Assembly (NCBI GenBank): GCA_950097015.1
Contig: CATNEN010000003.1
Location: forward strand, 4,278,001-4,342,000
DNA from: Macrostomum hystrix
Taxonomy: Eukaryota; Animalia; Platyhelminthes
Length of the DNA: 64,000 bases
Reading direction: 5' to 3'
The number at the start of each line of letters is the position of its first letter. Position 1 is the first letter of the stretch. The position numbers were made by a program, and so were the translations under genes. Positions 46,449 through 57,389 of the stretch are shown one piece after another. The notes under the pieces are model-generated. The model saw only the letters and a program-made list of their open reading frames with translations. It did no database searches and had not been told where the DNA came from.

Positions 46449-47569
46449 TAGCAATAAAAATGCCATCAACCGTTTCTCTTCATTAGGGCCCAGGCTCGCG
46501 TCAAATAGTCTGTGAAATACATCTGATACATCTGACTGCTCTGCATAATGTACTCAAAGTTAATCTCAAAACACAGTTTAAATTACTTATTTGACGTGTG
46601 TCTAAGCTCATAAATGAAAATTGAAAAACTCAACCCGAGTTGGCATTTGAAATTCCGCGCCTTAGTCTTACCCCAGTGGGGGAAATGCTTTTTGCCAAAT
46701 AAGCGACACCAAGTCGTTTTTGTTGCAATTAATATCTATAGTCCATGGACAAGGCCTTCTTAGAGAGACATGGAAGCTATCGTGTCTACAATGAAAGTAA
46801 ATTAATTTAAGCACAATACTGCACAATCTCGTATTGAGAAGCTCTTGTCTGATCTCTCTCTTCGTTAGTGTCATTTTGCTATGGGTCCAAATTTATTTTT
46901 AGCAATCCATCTTTTACAGGCGCTTCTGGGTGATGCCTTGCGCACAAACTTAATGGATAGAGATTGTTTGGCATATTCTCTTTTCTCTAATATCTGCACT
47001 CTCTCTCTCCCTCTTTCTCCTCTCCCATTTCTTCTCTTCCCTCCCTCATTTCTTCTCTCTTCTATTTCCTCTAATAAGGCCTATAACTTATTTTGCCACT
47101 GGCAAGTGTAGGAATTGAATTGTCGATCTAATTTTCTACTTTTTCTTTATACGACTCAACTTGATGAACAAATGCTCTATAGCTAGAAGCAGAAGATCGA
47201 CGTGGTCTATTTTTAGATAGTTAATTCGACCGCAAAGGCCTCAAGAGAGCCATCATCATTAGCTATCATTGGGCAATTAATCTAATCTCGTGCCCACACT
47301 AAGATAATAAAATACATAGGCTGGCTATTAGGGTTGAGATAGGCAGAGAAATCAAGTTAGATTCTGCGCAGATAAGAAACAGAAGGATGGATAAAAGAAA
47401 GTGTTATGACTCTGTTCTGCTCTGGGCATCAGCAATTAGCTTTCCGTCTACTGTTTGATACTCATAGTCTGTCTTTTGCTGAGAAACTCGTCTATATAGC
47501 CTTTTCCTAACCTAGTTAAATCAGCAATAGCTGCTCTTACCCTCTATTGAACTCCTCGTGTCAATGTCT

Positions 47570-50030
47570 CCTCTCCTCTCCCCTCTCTCCTCTCCCCTCT
47601 CTCTCGTCTCTTCCCTCCCCTCTCTCCTCTCTCCTCTCTCATCTCTCCTAACTCTCTCCTCTCTTGTCTCTCCTAACTCTCTCCTCTCTCATCTCTCCTA
47701 ACTCTCTCCTCTCTCATCTCTCCTAACTCTCTCCTCTCTTGTCTCTCCTAACTCTCTCCTCTCTTGTCTCTCCTAACTCTCTCCTCTCTTGTCTCTCCTA
47801 ACTCTCTCCTCTCTTGTCTCTCCTAACTCTCTCCTCTCTTGTCTCTCCTAACTCTCTCCTCTCTTGTCTCTCCTAACTCTCTCCTCTCTCGTCTCTCCTA
47901 ACTCTCTCCTCTCTTGTCTCTCCTAACTCTCTCCTCTCTTGTCTCTCCTAACTCTCTCCTCTCTCATCTCTCCTAACTCTCTCCTCTCTCATCTCTCCTA
48001 ACTCTCTCCTCTCTTGTCTCTCCTAACTCTCTCCTCTCTCATCTCTCCTAACTCTCTCCTCTCTCATCTCTCCTAACTCTCTCCTCTCTTGTCTCTCCTA
48101 ACTCTCTCCTCTCTTGTCTCTCCTAACTCTCTCCTCTCTCATCTCTCCTAACTCTCTCCTCTCTCGTCTCTCCTAACTCTCTCCTCTCTCATCTCTCCTA
48201 ACTCTCTCCTCTCTTGTCTCTCCTAACTCTCTCCTCTCTCATCTCTCCTAACTCTCTCCTCTCTAGTCTCTCCTAACTCTCTCCTCTCTCGTCTCTCCTA
48301 ACTCTCTCCTCTCTCGTCTCTCCTAACTCTCTCCTCTCTCGTCTCTCCTAACTCTCTCCTCTCTCATCTCTCCTAACTCTCTCCTCTCTCATCTCTCCTA
48401 ACTCTCTCCTCTCTTGTCTCTCCTAACTCTCTCCTCTCTTGTCTCTCCTAACTCTCTCCTCTCTTGTCTCTCCTAACTCTCTCCTCTCTCGTCTCTCCTA
48501 ACTCTCTCCTCTCTCGTCTCTCCTAACTCTCTCCTCTCTCGTCTCTCCTAACTCTCTCCTCTCTCGTCTCTCCTAACTCTCTCCTCTCTCATCTCTCCTA
48601 ACTCTCTCCTCTCTCATCTCTCCTAACTCTCTCCTCTCTCATCTCTCCTAACTCTCTCCTCTCTCATCTCTCCTAACTCTCTCCTCTCTTGTCTCTCCTA
48701 ACTCTCTCCTCTCTTGTCTCTCCTAACTCTCTCCTCTCTTGTCTCTCCTAACTCTCTCCTCTCTTGTCTCTCCTAACTCTCTCCTCTCTTGTCTCTCCTA
48801 ACTCTCTCCTCTCTCGTCTCTCCTAACTCTCTCCTCTCTTGTCTCTCCTAACTCTCTCCTCTCTCATCTCTCCTAACTCTCTCCTCTCTCATCTCTCCTA
48901 ACTCTCTCCTCTCTTGTCTCTCCTAACTCTCTCCTCTCTCATCTCTCCTAACTCTCTCCTCTCTCGTCTCTCCTAACTCTCTCCTCTCTCATCTCTCCTA
49001 ACTCTCTCCTCTCTCATCTCTCCTAACTCTCTCCTCTCTCATCTCTCCTAACTCTCTCCTCTCTCGTCTCTCCTAACTCTCTCCTCTCTCATCTCTCCTA
49101 ACTCTCTCCTCTCTCATCTCTCCTAACTCTCTCCTCTCTCATCTCTCCTAACTCTCTCCTCTCTTGTCTCTCCTAACTCTCTCCTCTCTTGTCTCTCCTA
49201 ACTCTCTCCTCTCTTGTCTCTCCTAACTCTCTCCTCTCTTGTCTCTCCTAACTCTCTCCTCTCTTGTCTCTCCTAACTCTCTCCTCTCTTGTCTCTCCTA
49301 ACTCTCTCCTCTCTTGTCTCTCCTAACTCTCTCCTCTCTTGTCTCTCCTAACTCTCTCCTCTCTTGTCTCTCCTAACTCTCTCCTCTCTTGTCTCTCCTA
49401 ACTCTCTCCTCTCTCATCTCTCCTAACTCTCTCCTCTCTCATCTCTCCTAACTCTCTCCTCTCTTGTCTCTCCTAACTCTCTCCTCTCTTGTCTCTCCTA
49501 ACTCTCTCCTCTCTCATCTCTCCTAACTCTCTCCTCTCTCGTCTCTCCTAACTCTCTCCTCTCTCATCTCTCCTAACTCTCTCCTCTCTCATCTCTCCTA
49601 ACTCTCTCCTCTCTTGTCTCTCCTAACTCTCTCCTCTCTCATCTCTCCTAACTCTCTCCTCTCTAGTCTCTCCTAACTCTCTCCTCTCTCGTCTCTCCTA
49701 ACTCTCTCCTCTCTCGTCTCTCCTAACTCTCTCCTCTCTCGTCTCTCCTAACTCTCTCCTCTCTCGTCTCTCCTAACTCTCTCCTCTCTCGTCTCTCCTA
49801 ACTCTCTCCTCTCTCGTCTCTCCTAACTCTCTCCTCTCTTGTCTCTCCTAACTCTCTCCTCTCTTGTCTCTCCTAACTCTCTCCTCTCTTGTCTCTCCTA
49901 ACTCTCTCCTCTCTCGTCTCTCCTAACTCTCTCCTCTCTCGTCTCTCCTAACTCTCTCCTCTCTCGTCTCTCCTAACTCTCTCCTCTCTTCTCTCTCCTC
50001 CCCCTCTCCTCTCTCCTCTCTCCTATCTCT
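47570..50030. repeat. 25-bp polypyrimidine minisatellite (ACTCTCTCCTCTCTYRTCTCTCCTA), ~2.4 kb
   Basis: About 95 units varying almost only at one dinucleotide. Confidence 0.95.
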
Positions 50031-50032
50031 CG

Positions 50033-50222
50033 TCAGAATCGCGACTTAAATGGTTGGGGATTCGATTCCCGCCTCCATCGGAACAATTCGTACCCTTCAA
50101 CAAGACACCTCAGTCTGCCCAGCTTTTTATTGGGTACCAGCATCTGCTGTGGGGCATTGAAGGTGAGTGTGGCGTCCCCCAGTCCATGGACTGAACAGCT
50201 GTACGCTCTGCCTTCAGAATGG
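50033..50222 (+). mobile_element. SINE family B, degenerate
   Basis: B-box GATTCGATTCC, CAAGACAC, GGGTACCAGCAT and the palindrome. Confidence 0.7.
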
Positions 50223-51142
50223 TTTGCGGGCTTGTTCTGTCCCACGAGGGCTAACCTTCAGGGCAGCCCTTAATAAAAATACTATATATTATAAAACACA
50301 CTTCAGTTCTCTTCTAAATACAAGTATAAATATTCTATATATATCCGGCCCGTTCCTTATTGACGAACATCTTTTGACTGAAATCTCCCACCCAGTTCCC
50401 ATTAGGCGCTAATGAATCTTTGGCCCAGTGAAAAAAGCACAGCATTAACTCAATTTGCCCATTTCCTTATTTCTTCCCCTGTCACCTTCCTTTCCTTTCT
50501 ACATTTGCTGCTCAATAGTTGTTCCAAAAATAGAAAATATTCGCGTCTTCATCAGGAATTCAAAATAGAAAACTTGCTGCGTTTCCTTACCGCGAAGGAG
50601 AGAAAAGAAACGCGTCTATTCACCGCCTATTTCTCTCCTTGCATTGCTTTTTCCACTTCTTGTGTTGAACTATTTTTGGCCCGCGATTTCTATTTTAAAA
50701 TTCTTCCCTGAGATATTCTCAATGGTGGCAGAGGGGTTGATGCATATTATTTTCTCCCAGCAACAGACATTTTTGACAGCTTCTTGTCTTAAACACATCA
50801 GAGGCTTTCATTGCAACTGTTTGACTGGATTTTTCCCATATTTCTGCTCGAAGCAGAAGCCCGTTTTTAGTATTTAGGAAAACAAAACTATTGAGAAAAT
50901 ACGAGCCTATGCTGCTGCTGTTGATGATATTTTTCACAACAAGCAGTTTCTTCTAATAATAGCATAGGCTTTGAGAGTATCCTAAACATTTTTGAGCACT
51001 CAATTACAGCCAGGTGTTCTCACACACACAAACCTGTCAGACATCGCTCTTGTATTGACTCTGCATGAGACGGGGCTAAAAAAAGTCGATATTTCTGCTT
51101 CTGAAAGCAGCCCCTTCAGCTCATTGTTAGACGGAAAAATAA

Positions 51143-51800
51143 GACTGTTAGACTGAGAAGTTAACCTGCTAGACTGAGAAGTTAACCTGTTAGATAGAGA
51201 AGTCAACCTGTTAGACAGAGATGTTAACCTGTTAGACTGAGAAGTCAACCTGTTAGACAGAGATGTTAACCTGTTAGACTGAGAAGTCAACCTGTTAGAC
51301 AGATATGTTAACCTGTTAGACTGAGAAGTCAACCTGTTAGACAGAGAAGTTAACCTGTTAGATAGAGAAGTTAACCTGTTAGATAGAGAAGTTAACCTGT
51401 TAGATAGAGAAGTTAACCTGTTAGATAGAGAAGTCAACCTGTTAGATAGCTATGTTAACCTGTTAGATAGAGAAGTTAACCTGTTAGATAGAGAAGTCAA
51501 CCTGTTAGACAGAGATGTTAACCTGTTAGACTGAGAAGTCAACCTGTTAGACAGAGATGTTAACCTGTTAGACTGAGAAGTCAACCTGTTAGACAGAGAA
51601 GTTAACCTGTTAGATAGAGAAGTTAACCTGTTAGATAGAGAAGTTAACCTGTTAGATAGAGAAGTTAACCTGTTAGATAGAGAAGTTAACCTGTTAGACA
51701 GAGAAGTCAACCTGTTAGATAGCTATGTTAACCTGTTAGACTGAGAAGTCAACCTGTTAGACTGAGAAGTTAACCTGTTAGATAGAGAAGTTACCTGTTT
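51143..51800. repeat. 21-bp minisatellite (AACCTGTTAGATAGAGAAGTT)
   Basis: Direct observation. Confidence 0.92.
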
Positions 51801-52219
51801 GTCAGACAGTAAAATTACCGTTTAGCTAGTGAAATAACACTTTAGTCAAGAACTAGCTAGTAAGTAAATACTTAGAGACGTATTATTTAAAAATAGTTGT
51901 CGTACGTATTACAGAATTTCAACTTAAGATCAGGGCTTTAATCTGTGAATACACTGACTTACTCAAACTCATTGAAGGTAAACTTTACCCGCCATATTAG
52001 GCTATAAAAGAAGCAAGTAAGGAAAAAATAGATAAAATCTTTCCAAATTTGACGCAGCATATAATTTTTGTAGTGTACAACTCACTATTATAAGTCACGT
52101 GTCGGCGTTGGGGAAAATTTTTAGATAAGCTGATCATTGATCCAGCGAGTTAAAGTCAACAGTGCTTTTAGTATACGCTGTTTACAGTGTATATGTAATA
52201 ATCACTAGGGCCACTAGAA

Positions 52220-52762
52220 CAGGGGTCGGCAACCTCCGGCCCGCGGGCCAGATGCGGCCCTCGAAGCTCCCAAATCCGGCCCTTAGCTCCTCCTAACACC
52301 TACTCTACAGTACACCCTATCTCATCTTATCTCTCCCCTGTCTCATCTCTCCCCTGTCTCATCTCTCCCCTGTCTCACCTTTCTCCTGTCTCACCTCTCT
52401 CCTGTCTCAACTCTCTCCTGTGTTATCTCTCCCGTCTCATCTCTCCCTGTCTCATCTCTCCCCTGTCTCACCTTTCCCCTGTCTCATCTCTCCCCTGTCT
52501 CACCTCTCTCCTGTCTCATCTCTCTCCTGTCTCACCTTTCCCCTGTCTTATCTCTCCCCTGTCTCACCTCTCTCCTGTCTCACCTCTCTCCTGTCTCACC
52601 TTTCCCCTGTCTCATCTCTCACCTGTCTAATCTCTCACCTGTCTGATCTCTCACCTGTCTGATCTCTCATGTGTCTAATCTCTCCCCTTTCTTCATGCGG
52701 CCCGCCGTCGTCTTTAAGATTCTCTCTTTAGCCCGCGGGGTATATAAGGTTGCCGACCCCTG
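52220..52762. mobile_element. hAT (Charlie/Buster-type) MITE with internal TCTCATCTCTCCCCTG array
   Basis: TIRs CAGGGGTCGGCAACC / GGTTGCCGACCCCTG. 8-bp TSD CACTAGAA (52212-52219 and 52763-52770) with central TA. Confidence 0.92.
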
Positions 52763-53145
52763 CACTAGAACTGTGAATTTCTTTTAAAGAAGAAAAAGTA
52801 CATATGCAATACATTTCTTGGTAAGACAATCCAAGAAAATGATTCAAGAGTCGCATTGTGACTTACATTTTCACGCCCAGTTACTCCCCAGGGTTAATTG
52901 AGGACAAAAACATGTGGCTTTACGTACGAGTAGGTATAGATCCTTTGGGAAACCAAAACCAAGGCTTCGAGTGAGTTCACCATAGCAGGAGAGACTAAAG
53001 CCGCGATTCTTCTTATCGGGCATTTTTTCTGCTGCTTGCTTGTTCATGACCGAAAAATTCTGATCTGAAATCACTGCACTTTGACCTTGTCCAAACAACA
53101 CAAGCACTATAGAATTCACGTGTCCCCATGAGGCCTAAAAGTTCA

Positions 53146-53302
53146 ATTAATAATAATAATAATAATTGCACGAGGGCTGCGGGCAATGGCACATCATTGG
53201 GTAACACTAGACCCGCAGCCAGCGAGGAGGCAATTCTGCCCATTTCGCTGACTCCTGAGCACACACGCACACAGATACCGTACGCAGGCACTTGCTCACA
53301 CA
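53146..53302 (-). mobile_element. SINE family A, 3' half
   Basis: (AAT)n tail and body match family A. Confidence 0.75.
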
Positions 53303-53409
53303 TAGGCAGTATCTACGCAGCTTAATTTGAAGAGAGTCCTGCCCTCAACCCAATAAAGGTGTCCTGACTCAACCAGTTCGACTTCTTAAATAGTCATTGA
53401 AAATAGTCA

Positions 53410-53767
53410 CTTAAGATGCCAGATGATTCCTCAGGGTGTCAGACACTTTCTTAAGACGCCAGATGATTCCTCAGGGTGTCCGACACTTTCTTAAGATGCC
53501 AGATGATTCCTCAGGGTGTCAGACACTTTCTTAAGATGCCAGATGATTCCTCAGGGTGTCAGACACTTTCTTAAGATGCCAGATGATTCCTCAGGGTGTC
53601 AGACACTTTCTTAAGATGCCAGATGATTCCTCAGGGTGTCAGACACTTTCTTAAGATGCCAGATGATTCCTCAGGGTGTCAGACACTTTCTTAAGATGCC
53701 AGATGATTCCTCAGGGTGTCAGACACTTTCTTAAGATGCCAGATGATTCCTCAGGGTGTCAGACACT
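53410..53767. repeat. 40-bp tandem repeat (TTAAGATGCCAGATGATTCCTCAGGGTGTCAGACACTTTC) x~9
   Basis: Direct observation. Confidence 0.95.
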
Positions 53768-54721
53768 TGAAGATTGATGTCATGCTTAACCTTCAGGTGG
53801 TTGTGCAGTCCACTTGTTGATCCACCAGCACAAGCAAAGGTCTTGTGGCACAAGTTGCACTTGTCATTAAGTCCGGGTTTTCCATTGACATCTTCGCGTT
53901 AATGCTTTCACACACCATCAGCTTTGAAGCTAGAAAACTTCATATTCAGAATGCAATATCGTATGCTTTTAGATCGTATGCATTGAGCTACCGAGTATTG
54001 GGAACAGACTGCCAAACAAGCACACAGACTAATTTTCTCAGTCTTTTTCCCAGTTAAACCGCCCAAATACGAGTATAAATCAAGTTGCAATATGTCCATA
54101 AGTTCCCGTCCCTTGCGTAGATGCAGTAAATACAATACAGTAAATACAGAACAGTAATACAGTAACTCACTCACTGTACATTGACAATGAGATGTTCCTT
54201 GTGGAAATCGAATGTACGGATTGGATTGGACTATAGCTAGATCAAATCTTAAACAGTAGCCACCTCAACTGTCTGTCCATCATGTACATTGATTCACTGA
54301 ATATTAGTATTGAGCACAATACAGGTAGAGAAGGCAGGGAGGGGAGGGCTAAAATCTGGGAGGGGATGGAAAACTCTCTCCTAGAAGATGGTCGGTGTAC
54401 GACACGGTCGAAATGAAAAGTACACTTCATTAGTGCTGCCAATACCTAAGCGTTTCGTCACTCGGTCAGTACTTTGTTCCTTCAGCCTGTCTGCTGCCTC
54501 CCTACACCCAACCCTAGCCCAACGTTAGCTTCCCTCCTATAAGCAAACAAAAGTCCTCTGCGCGATCCTCTTCTGACTGCAGGCTTGTGAAAGTGAGTTA
54601 TCATCAGGGCATCACGGCGGACCAGACTATATATAATATATAGTAGCAATGATCCTAGCAACCTCGTCGTCTTTGAATCGGCTAAAATCTGGCCTCTAAT
54701 TATCGTCGGGCCGGGTCGCGG

Positions 54722-56840
54722 ATGTGCCGTCCGCGCTGCCTATTGTTCTACTCGTCGATTGCGGCGCTGTGCCTCATGGTGCTCAATATTGCGCAATTTC
54801 TAAGCAGCGAATCGCTGTGGCAAGCCATCTTCCTGCCTGGTATCGACTGCCCAGACAGCAGCAAGGGTTCTCGATCGAAGGAGCGAGTCGGCCTGATCCG
54901 TCACATCGGCAACTGGACCTTCGAGGAGCCAGCGGGTCTGGCTGAATTATGTCGACGTCGCCCAGCGACTACTGGCGAGAAATTGAAGGAATCGACGCTG
55001 TCGGAACGACGAACGATTTTGGCCATTGTGCCACTAACGATTAACATGATACTGGAGCGCCGAGACATCAGGTGAGCACTGGATGACATTTTGTACATGA
55101 TTGGAACAAATAATTTCCATTAACAGTAGATAGACCACGCTATTTTTCCCACTGGGAAAAGTACAACGGTCGTATTTTAAATGCCCACTGCCTATAATGA
55201 TCACTCATTTAATACTAGTTATATGTTTTAGGGAAAAAAACTAAAGTTGACTTTGACCTCACCCAGAGTTGGAAGGAAAATTATTTCTTCATTGAACGCT
55301 TTGGCCAAGCCCAGCGCCTCATCTGCTACAAGACTGTGGCTGCAATAAAATAGTTTAATTGACCCCATCTGATCGTCTCTGGTAGCCATTTTCAAAGCTT
55401 GCTTTGTATATCCCATCCCATACTCTGTTTTCTGTTACCCTGTTTTTCTCTTGCAAATAGACTGTTTAAAAATGTTAACAAAATTATAGACAGAATAACA
55501 TAGAACTTATAGGTTGGCTGAGATTGCTCGTCCCAAGCTGAGATAGCATGGTCTTAAAATGCATGTCTATGGTAAAAATTAGCAGCTTCAGTAAAAAACC
55601 GCAGTGACAAGATGGGCTGGCTGAGTTTGAATGCCGGTTGAACGGCTCTTGAGAGCATAGTGCATTAGTCTCTTGAATACAATTTAAAGGTTTTTAACTT
55701 AGACATTTCTGTACTGCAGGGCTAAAGAAAGCATTCTAGAAGGCTGTTGCTATCTTTAGAAGCGTACGCATCAACTGGGGAAGGAAAAGCTAGGCTAACA
55801 ATTAAGGGCGGTTTTATGGAGGTTTAGTCTGAACCCGACAATCAGTGTCTGCCGTTGAGAGGCAGGATTCTATCTATCTGCTATCTGGCTCGAAAGTAGG
55901 TCTTTACTACTGTTAACAAGACACTTATCTCTGCATTGCTTCAGTTCACCCAGCTGTTAAATGAGTACCAGCATTAGCTGGGATAATGCAGGGTGGGTGT
56001 GGCGTCTCCCAGTCCATGGACTGAACAGAAACTTGCGAAATCTTCTCCACCAATCTTATCAGGCAGACGTGGGGCGCCGATTTAAATGGGAAATTTGGCC
56101 AGCTGCTGTTCCTAGTGCAGCTCAGCTCTGGGCAGATTCCACCGAGCGCATTGGTCCGGGAGAATGAACTGCACCGCGACATCCTCATCGCGTACCACAG
56201 CGGGCTGAGTTCCGGTGACTCCTACGATTTCCTGGTGCGAAAAGTCCTAGCCGGCCTGAGCTGGTTTGCCAGATCCTGCAGCCAAGGCTTCGACTTTGTA
56301 CTGAGAGCCGATCAGGACTCCTACTGGAATGTGCCCTCGATGGCCCGTCAACTGCGACGTCATCGGGCGTCGGACTGGTTGGCGTTCGGCGCCGTACAGC
56401 GCGGAGCCGCCGTGTCGCGCAGTTCGGCTTCGAAATTCTTCATCTCCAAGGAGGAATATCCGAGCGATCGATTTCCAGTCTACGTGTCTGGCGGCCCCGG
56501 CTACGCGTTGTCTAAGTCGGCCGTCGCGGCGATCGTCAGAGAAGCTTCCTCGCTGATTCCAATCTCGGGCGCATTGTGGCTGGAGGACGTGTACATCACG
56601 GGCATTCTGCCAGCGTCAGCATCCCGCTCTGGCCACAATGGACAGAGCAGCAAGTTCCAGCATCTTCACTCTGACTATGTCTTCATCTGCCGCTACTCCA
56701 GCCTGTCGGACACAGCGGTTCTGAGTCAGCCGCCCCTGGCAATGCACAGGATGCGAGGCAGGCAGCTCAGAGCTCTGCACAGCTGGATGCAACAGCCGGG
56801 CATTGCCGAGACAGCAATCAGACTGCACCGCTTCTGGTAG
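54722..56840 (+). CDS. GT31 family beta-1,3-glycosyltransferase (B3GALT-like); exons 54722-55071, 56063-56840 (~375 aa)
   Basis: N-terminal TM anchor. RRDIR|QTWG across a phase-2 junction. ENELHRDIL, RADQD (DxD), FPVYVSGGPGYALS, LEDVYITG. Confidence 0.85.
55915..56030 (+). mobile_element. SINE family B fragment in the GT31 intron
   Basis: CORE-like segment through the palindrome. Confidence 0.7.
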
Positions 56841-57039
56841 ATTCTGCGGAATCGCTTCCTGCTCAAATTAGCTTAGCTTCTTGAAAATTCCACTGTTTTA
56901 TGAAACTGACAGGTGCCTTTCAAGTATTTTCAGCTTCACATTTGTGCTTAACCGAATTGACTCGATTTCGCTTTGATTCCGAAAAAAATACAAAATTTCT
57001 TCACTTTCTTAAGCACTTCAAACGCGATTATAGACACAC

Positions 57040-57389
57040 TCTGACACTTAATGAGTTGGTCATTCAATCACCATGACCTTTGAATATGAGTTTGTCATTC
57101 ACTCACTATGACCCTTTGAATATGAGTTGGTCATTCAGTCACTATGACTCTTTAAATATGAGTTGGTCATTCACTCACTATGACCCTTTGAATATGAGTT
57201 GGTCATTCACTCACTATGACCCTTTGAATATGAGTTGGTCATACACTCACTATGACACTTAATGAGCTGGTCATTTACACACTATGACTCTGAATATGAG
57301 TTGGTCATTCACTCACTATGACCCTTTGAATATGAGTTGGTCATTCAGTCACTATGACTCTTTAAATATGAGTTTGTCATTCACTCACT
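57040..57389. repeat. 31-36-bp satellite (TGACCCTTTGAATATGAGTTGGTCATTCACTCACTA), left part; resumes at 61940-62145
   Basis: Same units on both sides of the LINE. Confidence 0.9.
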
